Part shown: positions 48,738-57,337 of the stretch, piece after piece
Layout: each line of letters begins with the position of its first letter
How positions within the stretch are numbered: the first letter of the stretch is position 1
Virus record (IMG/VR): IMGVR_UViG_3300032242_000714
Span: 1-58,878 of that record
Strand: one strand, 5' to 3'
DNA: 58,878 bases
DNA from: a virus
Lineage: Duplodnaviria > Caudoviricetes
Program-made: the position numbers and the translations under genes
The notes under the pieces: model-generated
What the model was told of the DNA's origin: nothing
The model's input: only the letters and a program-made list of their open reading frames with translations
Database searches by the model: none

Positions 48738-51661
48738 TGAGTGGCGTAGCAGGTGCCGATCGTGTAAAAAGTCGTCAAGACTTTCAACAGTTCTTAAAAT
48801 CTTACAAAAGTCTGATCAGTCAGTTCCCTGGATTTGTAAGTTTAAATCCCAGCGGTAGTTATAACAGCAATCTTGAGAAGAATGACTTTGGTGATATAGA
48901 TCTTATTGTTCATATCCAAAGCGATCAAGACAAAGCCACAGTTAAAAAACAACTACAGGCATTCTTTATGAAACAGCCTGAAACAGTTATTGTTCCTTTC
49001 AGTTCTGCCAAACACGCAGGTAAGCGTAGTTATAATGCAGGCGAATTGGTCAGTGTTCGGTATCACGATGATCATTTAGGTTATTCAGCACAGATTGACA
49101 ACATAGTAGCATTAGATCAAAAGGAAGCAGGATTTAAACAACAATTCTTAGATTGGCCTGCAGAAAAGCAAGGCTTAATTTTAGGTTTAATTAAAATTGC
49201 CGCAATTGAAACTGATCCAAGAATTCTGTTTAAGAAATTAGGCATACCTGATCCAGGTCCTCTTGAAGAAGGTCAGGAATATGAATTTAATCTTAGTTCA
49301 GTAGAACTACAGTTAAGAAGAATTACCTACAAGCCAGGTACCTACGAACAATTAGGCAGAGAAGTCCTTTGGAATAGTAGAGACTTTGAAGACATACAAA
49401 AGTTATTGTATCAATATAACTTAAACGCAGACTTTGACCAACTATTAGCACAGGCTAAACAGGTAATAAAGAATCCACGTAGTAATGCAAGGATGCAGGG
49501 TGTGTTCTCAAGTATGATCACAGTCAAAAGCGGAGAAGTAGGTACAGCCAAAGGTGCTGGCAAAGAAGCCGCATTGGCCAAAATACAAAATACATTTAGA
49601 GAATCACGTAGCCTACTACATGCTCTAACAGAATCTGCCAATCCAGGAACAATCGTATTTGCGTTTGGAAGACTACAGCCTCCTACAATTGGACATGAAC
49701 TACTTGTCAATACTGTTAAACAGGTAGCAAAACAAAATGGTTGTCCTTACATTATCTATATCAGCAAAACAGTTGGCAAGAGTCCGGCAGATAAATTAAA
49801 GAATCCTCTCACTGTAGATCAAAAGATGATGTACTTAGGAAAAATGTTCCCAGGTACACACTTTGCTCCGGCTACTGATCAAGTTCGTACTCCTATTGAA
49901 GCCGCTAAATTTCTAAATCAAAAGTATCAAAATCTTATTCTTGTAGCAGGCGGTAGCCGTGCTGAAGAATTTGATAAACTATTAAATGACTACAATGGCA
50001 GAGATTATAATTTTGATAGCATTCGTGTTGTTAAGATTGATAGAGACCCAGACGCAGATGATGCTTCGGGTATGAGCGGAACTAAAATGCGTCAAGCGGC
50101 CATGGCTGATGACTTTGAAGCATTTAGATCAGGACTGCCAGGAGCATTAGATGATGCTACAGCACAACAACTTATGCAGGATGTGAAAGCCGGTATGACT
50201 CCAACACCTAAAATTAAAAAAACAAAAGAAGCAATGTTACCTACAAGTGCGTTTGCAGGATCTAAGAAAAACAAATTAGGGCCAGCAGGACAGTGGAAGA
50301 ACACAGGACCAAGTAAGAATCGTCCAGCCAAGGCAGGCGACTTAGTAGGCGGTGCCGCTGAAAGCGTAGAACAGAAGAAACCAGAAGAGAAAAAGAAATC
50401 GTGGGATGATTATGGCCTACCACGAGGTACAGGTAAAACAGAACCCAAAGAAAAAGTCTATCGCGGTTGGAATGATTACGAATATTCAAAGAAAAAAGAA
50501 AAAGAAGTAGCAGAATCTAACGATGTAAAAGGCACATTAAGAACAATTGCTAATGATATCGGCGAGCCTGTTACCAATGTATACGAAACACTAAAACATA
50601 TGGCCAAACGTTTCTATGATAGTCACGGAGACTTAAAAGGTTTTGGCATGGTCGCAGGCGGTGTAGGAGGTCGTTGGTTCCAGACATTCTATTTTAATAG
50701 ATTACAAAATGAACTATTTGATTTAACCAGACAGAGTCCAAAACATACAGTACCTTTACAACAGTTTTTACGAGGTGTAGAAGTCAAAGGCAAAATTGAA
50801 AATGCCAAAGGTTTTAGTACTATCAGTAAAGAACTTCCAGATATACTTGCTGATATAGGTACTAAAATAGGATATCCACCGTTGGCTCACAATGCTCGTC
50901 GTTGGATGCAGAACAGAGAAGATTACGAACAGTACCTAAGTGATTTAGAATTAAGTGATTATGAAGACGACGATGACTTTGATTCTGTACCCAAAACTCC
51001 TAAAGATCCAGAGATGGGCAAACAGCGTAGTCAAGCAGAAGACATTGTCAACGATGTTTTAAGAAAATTACCAAGCAGAATTGCTGGCGATATTCGTAAT
51101 GCTATTGCTCGTGCGCCAAACAAACTACAGGCTTTACAACAAGAACTACAAAAACGTGGTGTCAAGGTTCCTATGGAAAACATGGCTGGTGTAGGTGATA
51201 TGGATAATCCAGAATTAAACGCTGTGTATGAAGCCAAAGCCACAAAAACAAGACTTGATCCAAGTTGTTGGAAAGGCTATCATAAAGCAGGTACCAAAGT
51301 CAAAGGTGGTACAAGAGTCAATAATTGTGTGCCCAATGAAGCCGCTAATCCTGCGCAACAGGCCGCTATTGCTATTGCTAAAAAGAAAAAGCGAGGCACA
51401 ACAGAAGCAGACGATATAGAACATGGATACCCTATGATGGCTACAGAACACAAGAAGGGTGTTAAGGCTGTGAAGTATACCAAGAAACCTAAAGGTATTG
51501 AACCACCGAAACCCAGAAATTTTGTTGCCAAAAACGCAGTAATGGGAGGTGCTGGTGCTCATAAGAATAAGAAAAAAGAAGCAAAGCATAAACATGTAGA
51601 GATCGGTGAGGCTTGGGAACGAGAAATGGCTCGTGCTATTAGACTTTTGGAAAATAAATAA
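48737..51661 (+). CDS. Multidomain polyprotein: Pol-beta/PolX-type nucleotidyltransferase, HIGH-type cytidylyltransferase-like domain, and short Glu-delimited modules
   Basis: SGSY...FGDIDL...AQIDNI; FAFGRLQPPTIGH...KNPL...GMSGTKMR; repeated xxE(S/A/N) junctions. Confidence 0.72.
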   Translation: MSGVAGADRVKSRQDFQQFLKSYKSLISQFPGFVSLNPSGSYNSNLEKNDFGDIDLIVHIQSDQDKATVKKQLQAFFMKQPETVIVPFSSAKHAGKRSYNAGELVSVRYHDDHLGYSAQIDNIVALDQKEAGFKQQFLDWPAEKQGLILGLIKIAAIETDPRILFKKLGIPDPGPLEEGQEYEFNLSSVELQLRRITYKPGTYEQLGREVLWNSRDFEDIQKLLYQYNLNADFDQLLAQAKQVIKNPRSNARMQGVFSSMITVKSGEVGTAKGAGKEAALAKIQNTFRESRSLLHALTESANPGTIVFAFGRLQPPTIGHELLVNTVKQVAKQNGCPYIIYISKTVGKSPADKLKNPLTVDQKMMYLGKMFPGTHFAPATDQVRTPIEAAKFLNQKYQNLILVAGGSRAEEFDKLLNDYNGRDYNFDSIRVVKIDRDPDADDASGMSGTKMRQAAMADDFEAFRSGLPGALDDATAQQLMQDVKAGMTPTPKIKKTKEAMLPTSAFAGSKKNKLGPAGQWKNTGPSKNRPAKAGDLVGGAAESVEQKKPEEKKKSWDDYGLPRGTGKTEPKEKVYRGWNDYEYSKKKEKEVAESNDVKGTLRTIANDIGEPVTNVYETLKHMAKRFYDSHGDLKGFGMVAGGVGGRWFQTFYFNRLQNELFDLTRQSPKHTVPLQQFLRGVEVKGKIENAKGFSTISKELPDILADIGTKIGYPPLAHNARRWMQNREDYEQYLSDLELSDYEDDDDFDSVPKTPKDPEMGKQRSQAEDIVNDVLRKLPSRIAGDIRNAIARAPNKLQALQQELQKRGVKVPMENMAGVGDMDNPELNAVYEAKATKTRLDPSCWKGYHKAGTKVKGGTRVNNCVPNEAANPAQQAAIAIAKKKKRGTTEADDIEHGYPMMATEHKKGVKAVKYTKKPKGIEPPKPRNFVAKNAVMGGAGAHKNKKKEAKHKHVEIGEAWEREMARAIRLLENK

Positions 51662-51665
51662 TATT

Positions 51666-52544
51666 ATGAAAATAGATCAATTATTCGAATCAGGTGACGA
51701 TTTAGCATCTCAGTTTGCTCAGATGGCTAAAGATAAAGGCATGAATGTTAGAGTTCGTGGAACCCCAGACCAAGAACGACAACGTACACAAGATATGTTG
51801 GCGCAACGTCGTGCTGATCAAGAAAAACAAAGTCAATTAGCAGGTGAAAAAGATTTTGCTAATCTTGACCAACTTGAAGCCGAATACGCAAAAATGAAAG
51901 ACGAATATCAATCATTAGGCGGATCTAATTGGCAGTATGCTGATCGTGAACAGAATCTATCAGCCAGCGAACGTAAGGCCCGCAGTATGGAAGATGGATT
52001 AAGAGCACTATGGTCGAGAATCCAACGTGCTAAGAAATATGGTGGAGGTTTAGCGGAAGGTGATGCTCTTGCTGACTTTTTAGCAAAGGGCGGAAAAATT
52101 CATCAATTACCTTACAAAAACCCACGTAAGGCCGATAAAACAGATTATGGTAGTAAACATATTGGTACATTAGGCGGCAAAGGTACAAAAGGTAAAGTCA
52201 CCGGCAAGGCGGCAAATGTAGGAAAAGTAGGGAAACCTGTTGTAAGTGCCGAAAGTTCACATCCTGACGAAAAAGAAGATAAAGCACTTATTCGTAAAAT
52301 GGTTAAACAACAGGCATTGAAAAAAGAAAACATGATGGCAAAAGAACAGCATGAAGATCATGAAATATCAATGGCCACAAGCGAATTAAAAAATGTTTAC
52401 ATCAATGCTAAAAAATTGTTTGATATTATTAAACAACGCAGTGAACAAGAAGGATTAGATGCTTGGCAACAGAGCAAGATTACCAAAGCCTCAGATTACT
52501 TAAATAGTGTATTAACAGCCATTAGAGGCGAACCACGTAGATAA
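51666..52544 (+). CDS. Putative head-internal polyprotein
   Basis: Start MKIDQLFES 5 nt after TAAATA; modules FLAKGGKI and DHEISMA...LDAWQQSKITKASDYL. Confidence 0.65.
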   Translation: MKIDQLFESGDDLASQFAQMAKDKGMNVRVRGTPDQERQRTQDMLAQRRADQEKQSQLAGEKDFANLDQLEAEYAKMKDEYQSLGGSNWQYADREQNLSASERKARSMEDGLRALWSRIQRAKKYGGGLAEGDALADFLAKGGKIHQLPYKNPRKADKTDYGSKHIGTLGGKGTKGKVTGKAANVGKVGKPVVSAESSHPDEKEDKALIRKMVKQQALKKENMMAKEQHEDHEISMATSELKNVYINAKKLFDIIKQRSEQEGLDAWQQSKITKASDYLNSVLTAIRGEPRR

Positions 52545-52545
52545 T

Positions 52546-52917
52546 ATGAGAGCAAAAGAATTCATAGTCGAAACTAAACCAGAAGGCAAGATGCACCCAC
52601 ATCACGCGAATGTAGGACAAGGCGTATCAAGATCACGTGATGTAGGCGGATATGATCGTGTGTATCACATGAATCGACTAATGATGGCTATGGGAATGGC
52701 AGACGGTAAAAGTGAAAAACCTGTAGAGATGGATTCTGCATCATGGACAGAAAAATACAATACACATCATCCATATACAGAAGAAGAACATACCATGATC
52801 AAGTCTGCATTGAACACAATTCCTACAGACAGTAAAGAAATTACTCCTTGGTCAAAGAGTATTGAACCAGATGATACACATAAAGTAAGTCCTGTTGCAA
52901 ATTGGATGAAGAAATGA
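52546..52917 (+). CDS. Putative head-internal protein
   Basis: N-terminus MRAKEFIVE resembles the T4 internal-protein capsid-targeting sequence MKTYQEFIAE. Confidence 0.65.
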   Translation: MRAKEFIVETKPEGKMHPHHANVGQGVSRSRDVGGYDRVYHMNRLMMAMGMADGKSEKPVEMDSASWTEKYNTHHPYTEEEHTMIKSALNTIPTDSKEITPWSKSIEPDDTHKVSPVANWMKK

Positions 52918-53909
52918 GAGCATCTGAAATTATTATCAAAACCAAACGTAAAAGTTCTGCTGTAAAACTACAGAGTGCTTGGGAAAAGCAACAGGCTAAA
53001 TCTACTGCCAGTCGCAAGCGTGGCGAAGAATATATGGCCAAGATCAAACAAGATATTGCTAAGAAAAATCAAGGTGTGGAAGAAGCATTTCCTAATCAAC
53101 AAATGTCACTATATAATCCAAATGGAAAAACATATAGAACCGACAAGAAAATGCCAACATTAGATCCAAATGATCCAGTACATAACGCTGATCGTTATGG
53201 ACAAGAACACGACGAGCCTTACCAACAAGATTTTAATCGTGAAGAAATAAAAAGATTAGTTAAACAACATTTAGACGAACTTAATGATCGTCAAAAGCAA
53301 GTCTTAAAACTGATGTATTGGGAAGAAATGACCCTCGAAGAAATAGCAGTCGAACTAAAGGTTACTCGAGAGCGTGTTCGTCAAATATGGGCCAGAGCCA
53401 TGCGAATGTTAAGACAGAATATGAAATCTAAAAACTATGACTTTGATATGTCAGAAGATTGGCAAAAGGTCAATAGACACGATAAGACAGACGGTCTAAG
53501 CAAAAAGGCTGTTAGTGCTTATCGTAGAGAGCACCCCGGTTCAAAATTAAAAACTGCTGTCACAACCAAACCTTCAAAATTAAAGAAAGGTTCTAAGTCT
53601 GCTAAACGCAGAGCAAGTTTTTGTGCTCGTATGAGCGGTATGAAAAAACACCGAACTGGTGCTAAAACAAAACGTGATCCAGATAGCAATATTAATAAAG
53701 CACTTCGCCGTTGGCATTGTGAAAGTATCGAAGAGATGCAGGAACTAATTATGATTGGAGAACAATATATCTCCCAATTACGAGAGTCAGCAACTGGCGG
53801 TGCTACTTCATCTGGTTCAGTTGCAAGCGTGGCAATGCCCTTAGGCGGCAAAAAGAAAAAGAAAGGCGGCGGAGTAAACTTACTCGGCGGACCTGTATTC
53901 AAACGCTAA
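52914..53909 (+). CDS. Putative head-internal polyprotein with sigma-70 region-4 HTH domain
   Basis: LDELNDRQKQVLKLMYWEEMTLEEIAVELKVTRERVRQIWARAMRMLR is a classic sigma R4; then a basic RRASFCARM..ALRRW.C module. Confidence 0.75.
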   Translation: MRASEIIIKTKRKSSAVKLQSAWEKQQAKSTASRKRGEEYMAKIKQDIAKKNQGVEEAFPNQQMSLYNPNGKTYRTDKKMPTLDPNDPVHNADRYGQEHDEPYQQDFNREEIKRLVKQHLDELNDRQKQVLKLMYWEEMTLEEIAVELKVTRERVRQIWARAMRMLRQNMKSKNYDFDMSEDWQKVNRHDKTDGLSKKAVSAYRREHPGSKLKTAVTTKPSKLKKGSKSAKRRASFCARMSGMKKHRTGAKTKRDPDSNINKALRRWHCESIEEMQELIMIGEQYISQLRESATGGATSSGSVASVAMPLGGKKKKKGGGVNLLGGPVFKR

Positions 53910-53921
53910 TTTGTCCAGAGA

Positions 53922-53951
53922 CTTGACTTCCGCAGTCAAGCAACGTATAAT
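53922..53951 (+). promoter_or_regulatory. sigma70 promoter whose -35 is one arm of an inverted repeat
   Basis: TTGACT(53923)-17-TATAAT(53946); cttgact-tccgc-agtcaag palindrome. Confidence 0.78.
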
Positions 53952-53971
53952 TAAACGCATAGGAGAATTAT

Positions 53972-54241
53972 ATGAGCAAAGTTTTCGGCACCCCTGAACA
54001 AACAAAAATCAAACAAATTATTTCTGAAGGCATGACTGTAATGCAGGAAATTCAAGATCTCACAGAAGGTCTAAATGAAACAATCAAAGCAGTAGCAGAA
54101 GAATTAGAAGTTAAACCAAGTGTTATTAAAAAAGCAATTCGTATCGCACAAAAAGATCAATGGGATCAAGTATTCCGTGAGTTTGATGATCTTGAAACCA
54201 TTGTTGATATCAGTGGACATGCTAATCGCAGGGAAGGCTAA
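53972..54241 (+). CDS. T4 DsbA-like double-stranded DNA-binding protein
   Basis: 89-aa helical protein with ..IK.VAEELEVKP..I.K pattern; located in replication module. Confidence 0.55.
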   Translation: MSKVFGTPEQTKIKQIISEGMTVMQEIQDLTEGLNETIKAVAEELEVKPSVIKKAIRIAQKDQWDQVFREFDDLETIVDISGHANRREG

Positions 54242-54537
54242 TGAATGACCTACTCTACGGAATCTTCCGCTGGATTAGAGAAGATTACAGAAGTCATCCA
54301 TTACGTTTTTGTCTTGAGATCATTGCTTGGGCTATATCTATTGGCTGTTCTATCACAATGGCCCTCACCGTGCCTAATCCTCCTCTTCTCATCTTGTACC
54401 CAATCTGGATTACAGGTTGTGTTATCTATGCTGGGTGTGCTTATAGTCGGCGTTCCTTTGGTATGCTGGCTAATTATGGACTTCTTGTCTCCATCGACTC
54501 AGTCGGACTTGTGAGAATGATGTTAGGGTTACAATAA
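54241..54537 (+). CDS. Small multi-pass membrane protein
   Basis: Three hydrophobic segments. Confidence 0.7.
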   Translation: MNDLLYGIFRWIREDYRSHPLRFCLEIIAWAISIGCSITMALTVPNPPLLILYPIWITGCVIYAGCAYSRRSFGMLANYGLLVSIDSVGLVRMMLGLQ

Positions 54538-54556
54538 ATAATCTTGAGTAAGGTTC

Positions 54557-54608
54557 GATCAGCCACAAATGATCAAATTGGTATTTGTCTGCCGCAAAAG
54601 ACAAGGAG
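54557..54608 (+). promoter_or_regulatory. Twin-hairpin translational operator candidate in DNA polymerase leader
   Basis: GATCA-GCCACAAA-TGATC (54557-74) and TTGTCT-GCCGCAAA-AGACAA (54585-604), directly before GGAG SD. Confidence 0.7.
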
Positions 54609-54614
54609 AAAAAT

Positions 54615-57284
54615 ATGAGTTATGTTGATGCCATTTGGGATCGCGAAAAGGACATTGTCCACGTCGTTGAAAGAGATCCTAAAAAAGGTAGAGTATATAC
54701 GGACTATCCAGCCCGCTATGTATTTTACTATCCAGATGCTAAAGGTAAGTATCGTTCAATTTTTAATGAACCACTTAACCGAGTCACAGCAAAAAATTAC
54801 AAAGAATTTGTAAAAGAACAAAAAACATTTTCCAGCACTCGACTGTACGAAAATGATATCAATCCTATCTTCCGTTGTTTAGAAGAAAACTATCTCGGCA
54901 AAGATGCTCCAAAACTAAATGTAGCATTTTTCGATATTGAGGTGGACTTTGATCCAGAGCGTGGCTACGCATCACCCGATGATCCGTTTATGCCAATTAC
55001 TGCGATTGCGGTTCACTTACAATGGATGGATACAATAGTCTGTCTTGCCCTTCCTCCCAAAACACTAACAATGGAACAGGCTAAAGAACAGGTCAAAGAA
55101 TTTCCTAACACACATCTGTTTGATAACGAAGGCGATCTGTTAGAAACATTCTTACAACTCATTCAAGATGCAGATGTACTAAGTGGTTGGAATTCAGAAG
55201 GCTTTGATATTCCTTATACAGTTAATCGTGTTATCAAAGTTTTAAGCAAAGAAGATACAAGACGTTTTTGTTTGTTTGACAAGTTTCCTAAGAAACGTGA
55301 ATACGAAAAATACGGCAAGACCGCAGAAACTTATGACTTGATTGGTCGTGTACATATGGACAGTTTAGAATTGTATCGCAAGTATACATATGAAGAACGA
55401 CACAGTTATAGACTTGATGCTATTGCTGAACATGAATTAGGTGAACATAAAACACAGTATGAAGGAACACTTGATCAATTATATAACAATGACTTTAAAA
55501 AGTTTATCGAATATAATAGACAAGACTGTTTGCTTCTTGACAAATTAGATAAGAAATTAAAGTTTATCGATCTTGCTAATACAGTTGCTCATGAGAATAC
55601 TGTGTTGCTAGCAACTACAATGGGTGCTGTGGCGGTTACTGAACAGGCTATTATTAACGAAGCACATCATAGAGGTATGATTGTACCAAGTCGCCCTAAG
55701 CGTGATGAAGATATCAGTAATCAGGCCGCAGGTGCTTATGTTGCTTATCCTAAAAAAGGTTTACATGATTATATCGGATCAATGGATATTAACTCATTGT
55801 ATCCTTCTGTGATTCGTGCGCTAAACATGGGACCAGAAACTATTATCGGTCAATTACGACAGGATTATACCAAAGCAGAAATTGAAGCCAAGATTGCCAA
55901 AGGTAATAGTTTTGCCGCGGCATGGGAAGGTAAGTTTGGCAGTAATGAATACGAACTTGTCATGAGTAAAGATCGTGCCAAAGAAATTATCATCGACTGG
56001 GAATCAGGCAGTACAGATATTTTATCGGGCGCACAGATATATGAACTTATCTTTGAAAGCAATCAACCTTGGATGCTGAGTGCTAATGGTACAATCTTTA
56101 CACACGAAACAGAAGGAGTTATTCCCGGACTGCTAAAACGTTGGTATGCTGAACGTAAAGAGATGCAGGCCAAATTAAAGGAATCAATTAAGGCGGAGAA
56201 TAAAATTGAAGAAGAATACTGGGACAAAAGACAACTCGTTAAAAAGATTAACCTTAATAGTTTGTATGGTGCTATTCTTAATGTTGGGTGTCGTTTTTTT
56301 GATAATCGTATCGGGCAGTCAACCACCCTTACAGGCCGAGGAATTGCAAAACATATGGCCGCTAAAATTAACGAAGTAATTACAGGAGAATACGATCATA
56401 TAGGCAAGTCAATTATCTATGGCGATACAGACTCTGCTTACTTCTCAGCATATAGTACACTGAGACGTGAGATTGAAAAGAAAGAAATCCCCTGGGACAA
56501 AGACAATGTCATTATACTGTATGACACAATTGCCTCGGAAGTTAATTCAACATTCCCACAATTTATGTTGGATGCTCATCATTGTCCAAAATCAAGAGGC
56601 GATGTTATTAAAGCCGGTCGTGAAATTGTTGCTATCAAAGGTCTGTTCATTACTAAGAAACGATATGCCGTACTTTATTATGACAAAGAAGGCAAACGTC
56701 AAGACGTAGAAGGCAAACCAGGTAAGATCAAAGCCATGGGCTTGGATTTGAAACGTTCAGACACTCCTGAATTTATGCAGAAGTTCTTAGAAGAAGTTTT
56801 AACTAAAGTTCTAAATGGTAGCCAAGAAGCAGAAATTCTCGATATGATTGCTGAATTTAGAACTGAGTTCAAGGCTCGTCCAGGTTGGGAAAAAGGTAGT
56901 CCCAAACGTGCTAACAACATTACTGACTATCAGGATAAAGAAAAGAAATCAGGCAAAGCAAACATGCCCGGCCATGTACGTGCGTCTATTAATTGGAATA
57001 CACTAAAACGCATGAATGGCGACAAATACAGTCAGCAGATTGTTGATGGTATGAAAGTTATTGTCTGTAAGGTAAAAGATAATCCACTGGGATTTACAAG
57101 TGTTGCCTATCCTGTAGATGAACTTAGACTACCTAAATGGTTTCAGGATCTGCCATTTAATCATGCAGAGATGGAAGCAACCATTATCAACAACAAATTA
57201 GAAAATCTAATCGGCGTTCTGGAGTGGGACTTAGAATCCACTACGCAGAACAATACATTCAACCAACTGTTCAGTTTTGAATAA
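54615..57284 (+). CDS. Family B DNA polymerase (T4 gp43-like)
   Basis: Exo motifs FFDIEV, GWNSEGFD, YNRQD; pol motifs DINSLYPS, K..LNSLYG, YGDTDS, KKRY. Confidence 0.97.
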   Translation: MSYVDAIWDREKDIVHVVERDPKKGRVYTDYPARYVFYYPDAKGKYRSIFNEPLNRVTAKNYKEFVKEQKTFSSTRLYENDINPIFRCLEENYLGKDAPKLNVAFFDIEVDFDPERGYASPDDPFMPITAIAVHLQWMDTIVCLALPPKTLTMEQAKEQVKEFPNTHLFDNEGDLLETFLQLIQDADVLSGWNSEGFDIPYTVNRVIKVLSKEDTRRFCLFDKFPKKREYEKYGKTAETYDLIGRVHMDSLELYRKYTYEERHSYRLDAIAEHELGEHKTQYEGTLDQLYNNDFKKFIEYNRQDCLLLDKLDKKLKFIDLANTVAHENTVLLATTMGAVAVTEQAIINEAHHRGMIVPSRPKRDEDISNQAAGAYVAYPKKGLHDYIGSMDINSLYPSVIRALNMGPETIIGQLRQDYTKAEIEAKIAKGNSFAAAWEGKFGSNEYELVMSKDRAKEIIIDWESGSTDILSGAQIYELIFESNQPWMLSANGTIFTHETEGVIPGLLKRWYAERKEMQAKLKESIKAENKIEEEYWDKRQLVKKINLNSLYGAILNVGCRFFDNRIGQSTTLTGRGIAKHMAAKINEVITGEYDHIGKSIIYGDTDSAYFSAYSTLRREIEKKEIPWDKDNVIILYDTIASEVNSTFPQFMLDAHHCPKSRGDVIKAGREIVAIKGLFITKKRYAVLYYDKEGKRQDVEGKPGKIKAMGLDLKRSDTPEFMQKFLEEVLTKVLNGSQEAEILDMIAEFRTEFKARPGWEKGSPKRANNITDYQDKEKKSGKANMPGHVRASINWNTLKRMNGDKYSQQIVDGMKVIVCKVKDNPLGFTSVAYPVDELRLPKWFQDLPFNHAEMEATIINNKLENLIGVLEWDLESTTQNNTFNQLFSFE

Positions 57285-57291
57285 AATTTAT

Positions 57292-57320
57292 TTGACTCTG
57301 ACCAAAATTCTAAATATACT
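57292..57320 (+). promoter_or_regulatory. sigma70 promoter with overlapping TAAATA (57311-57316)
   Basis: TTGACT-17 nt-TATACT; AAGGA SD before ATG 57338. Confidence 0.7.
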
Positions 57321-57337
57321 TAACAAAAGGAAATTAT

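Noticed and set aside
52914-53909. Complete phage sigma factor
   Set aside because: Only region 4 is recognisable; no region 2 core-binding or -10 recognition segment
54615-57284. Intein or intron in the DNA polymerase (or clamp loader/ClpA)
   Set aside because: Lengths and motif spacing are normal; no C...HN splice motifs or LAGLIDADG/HNH insert
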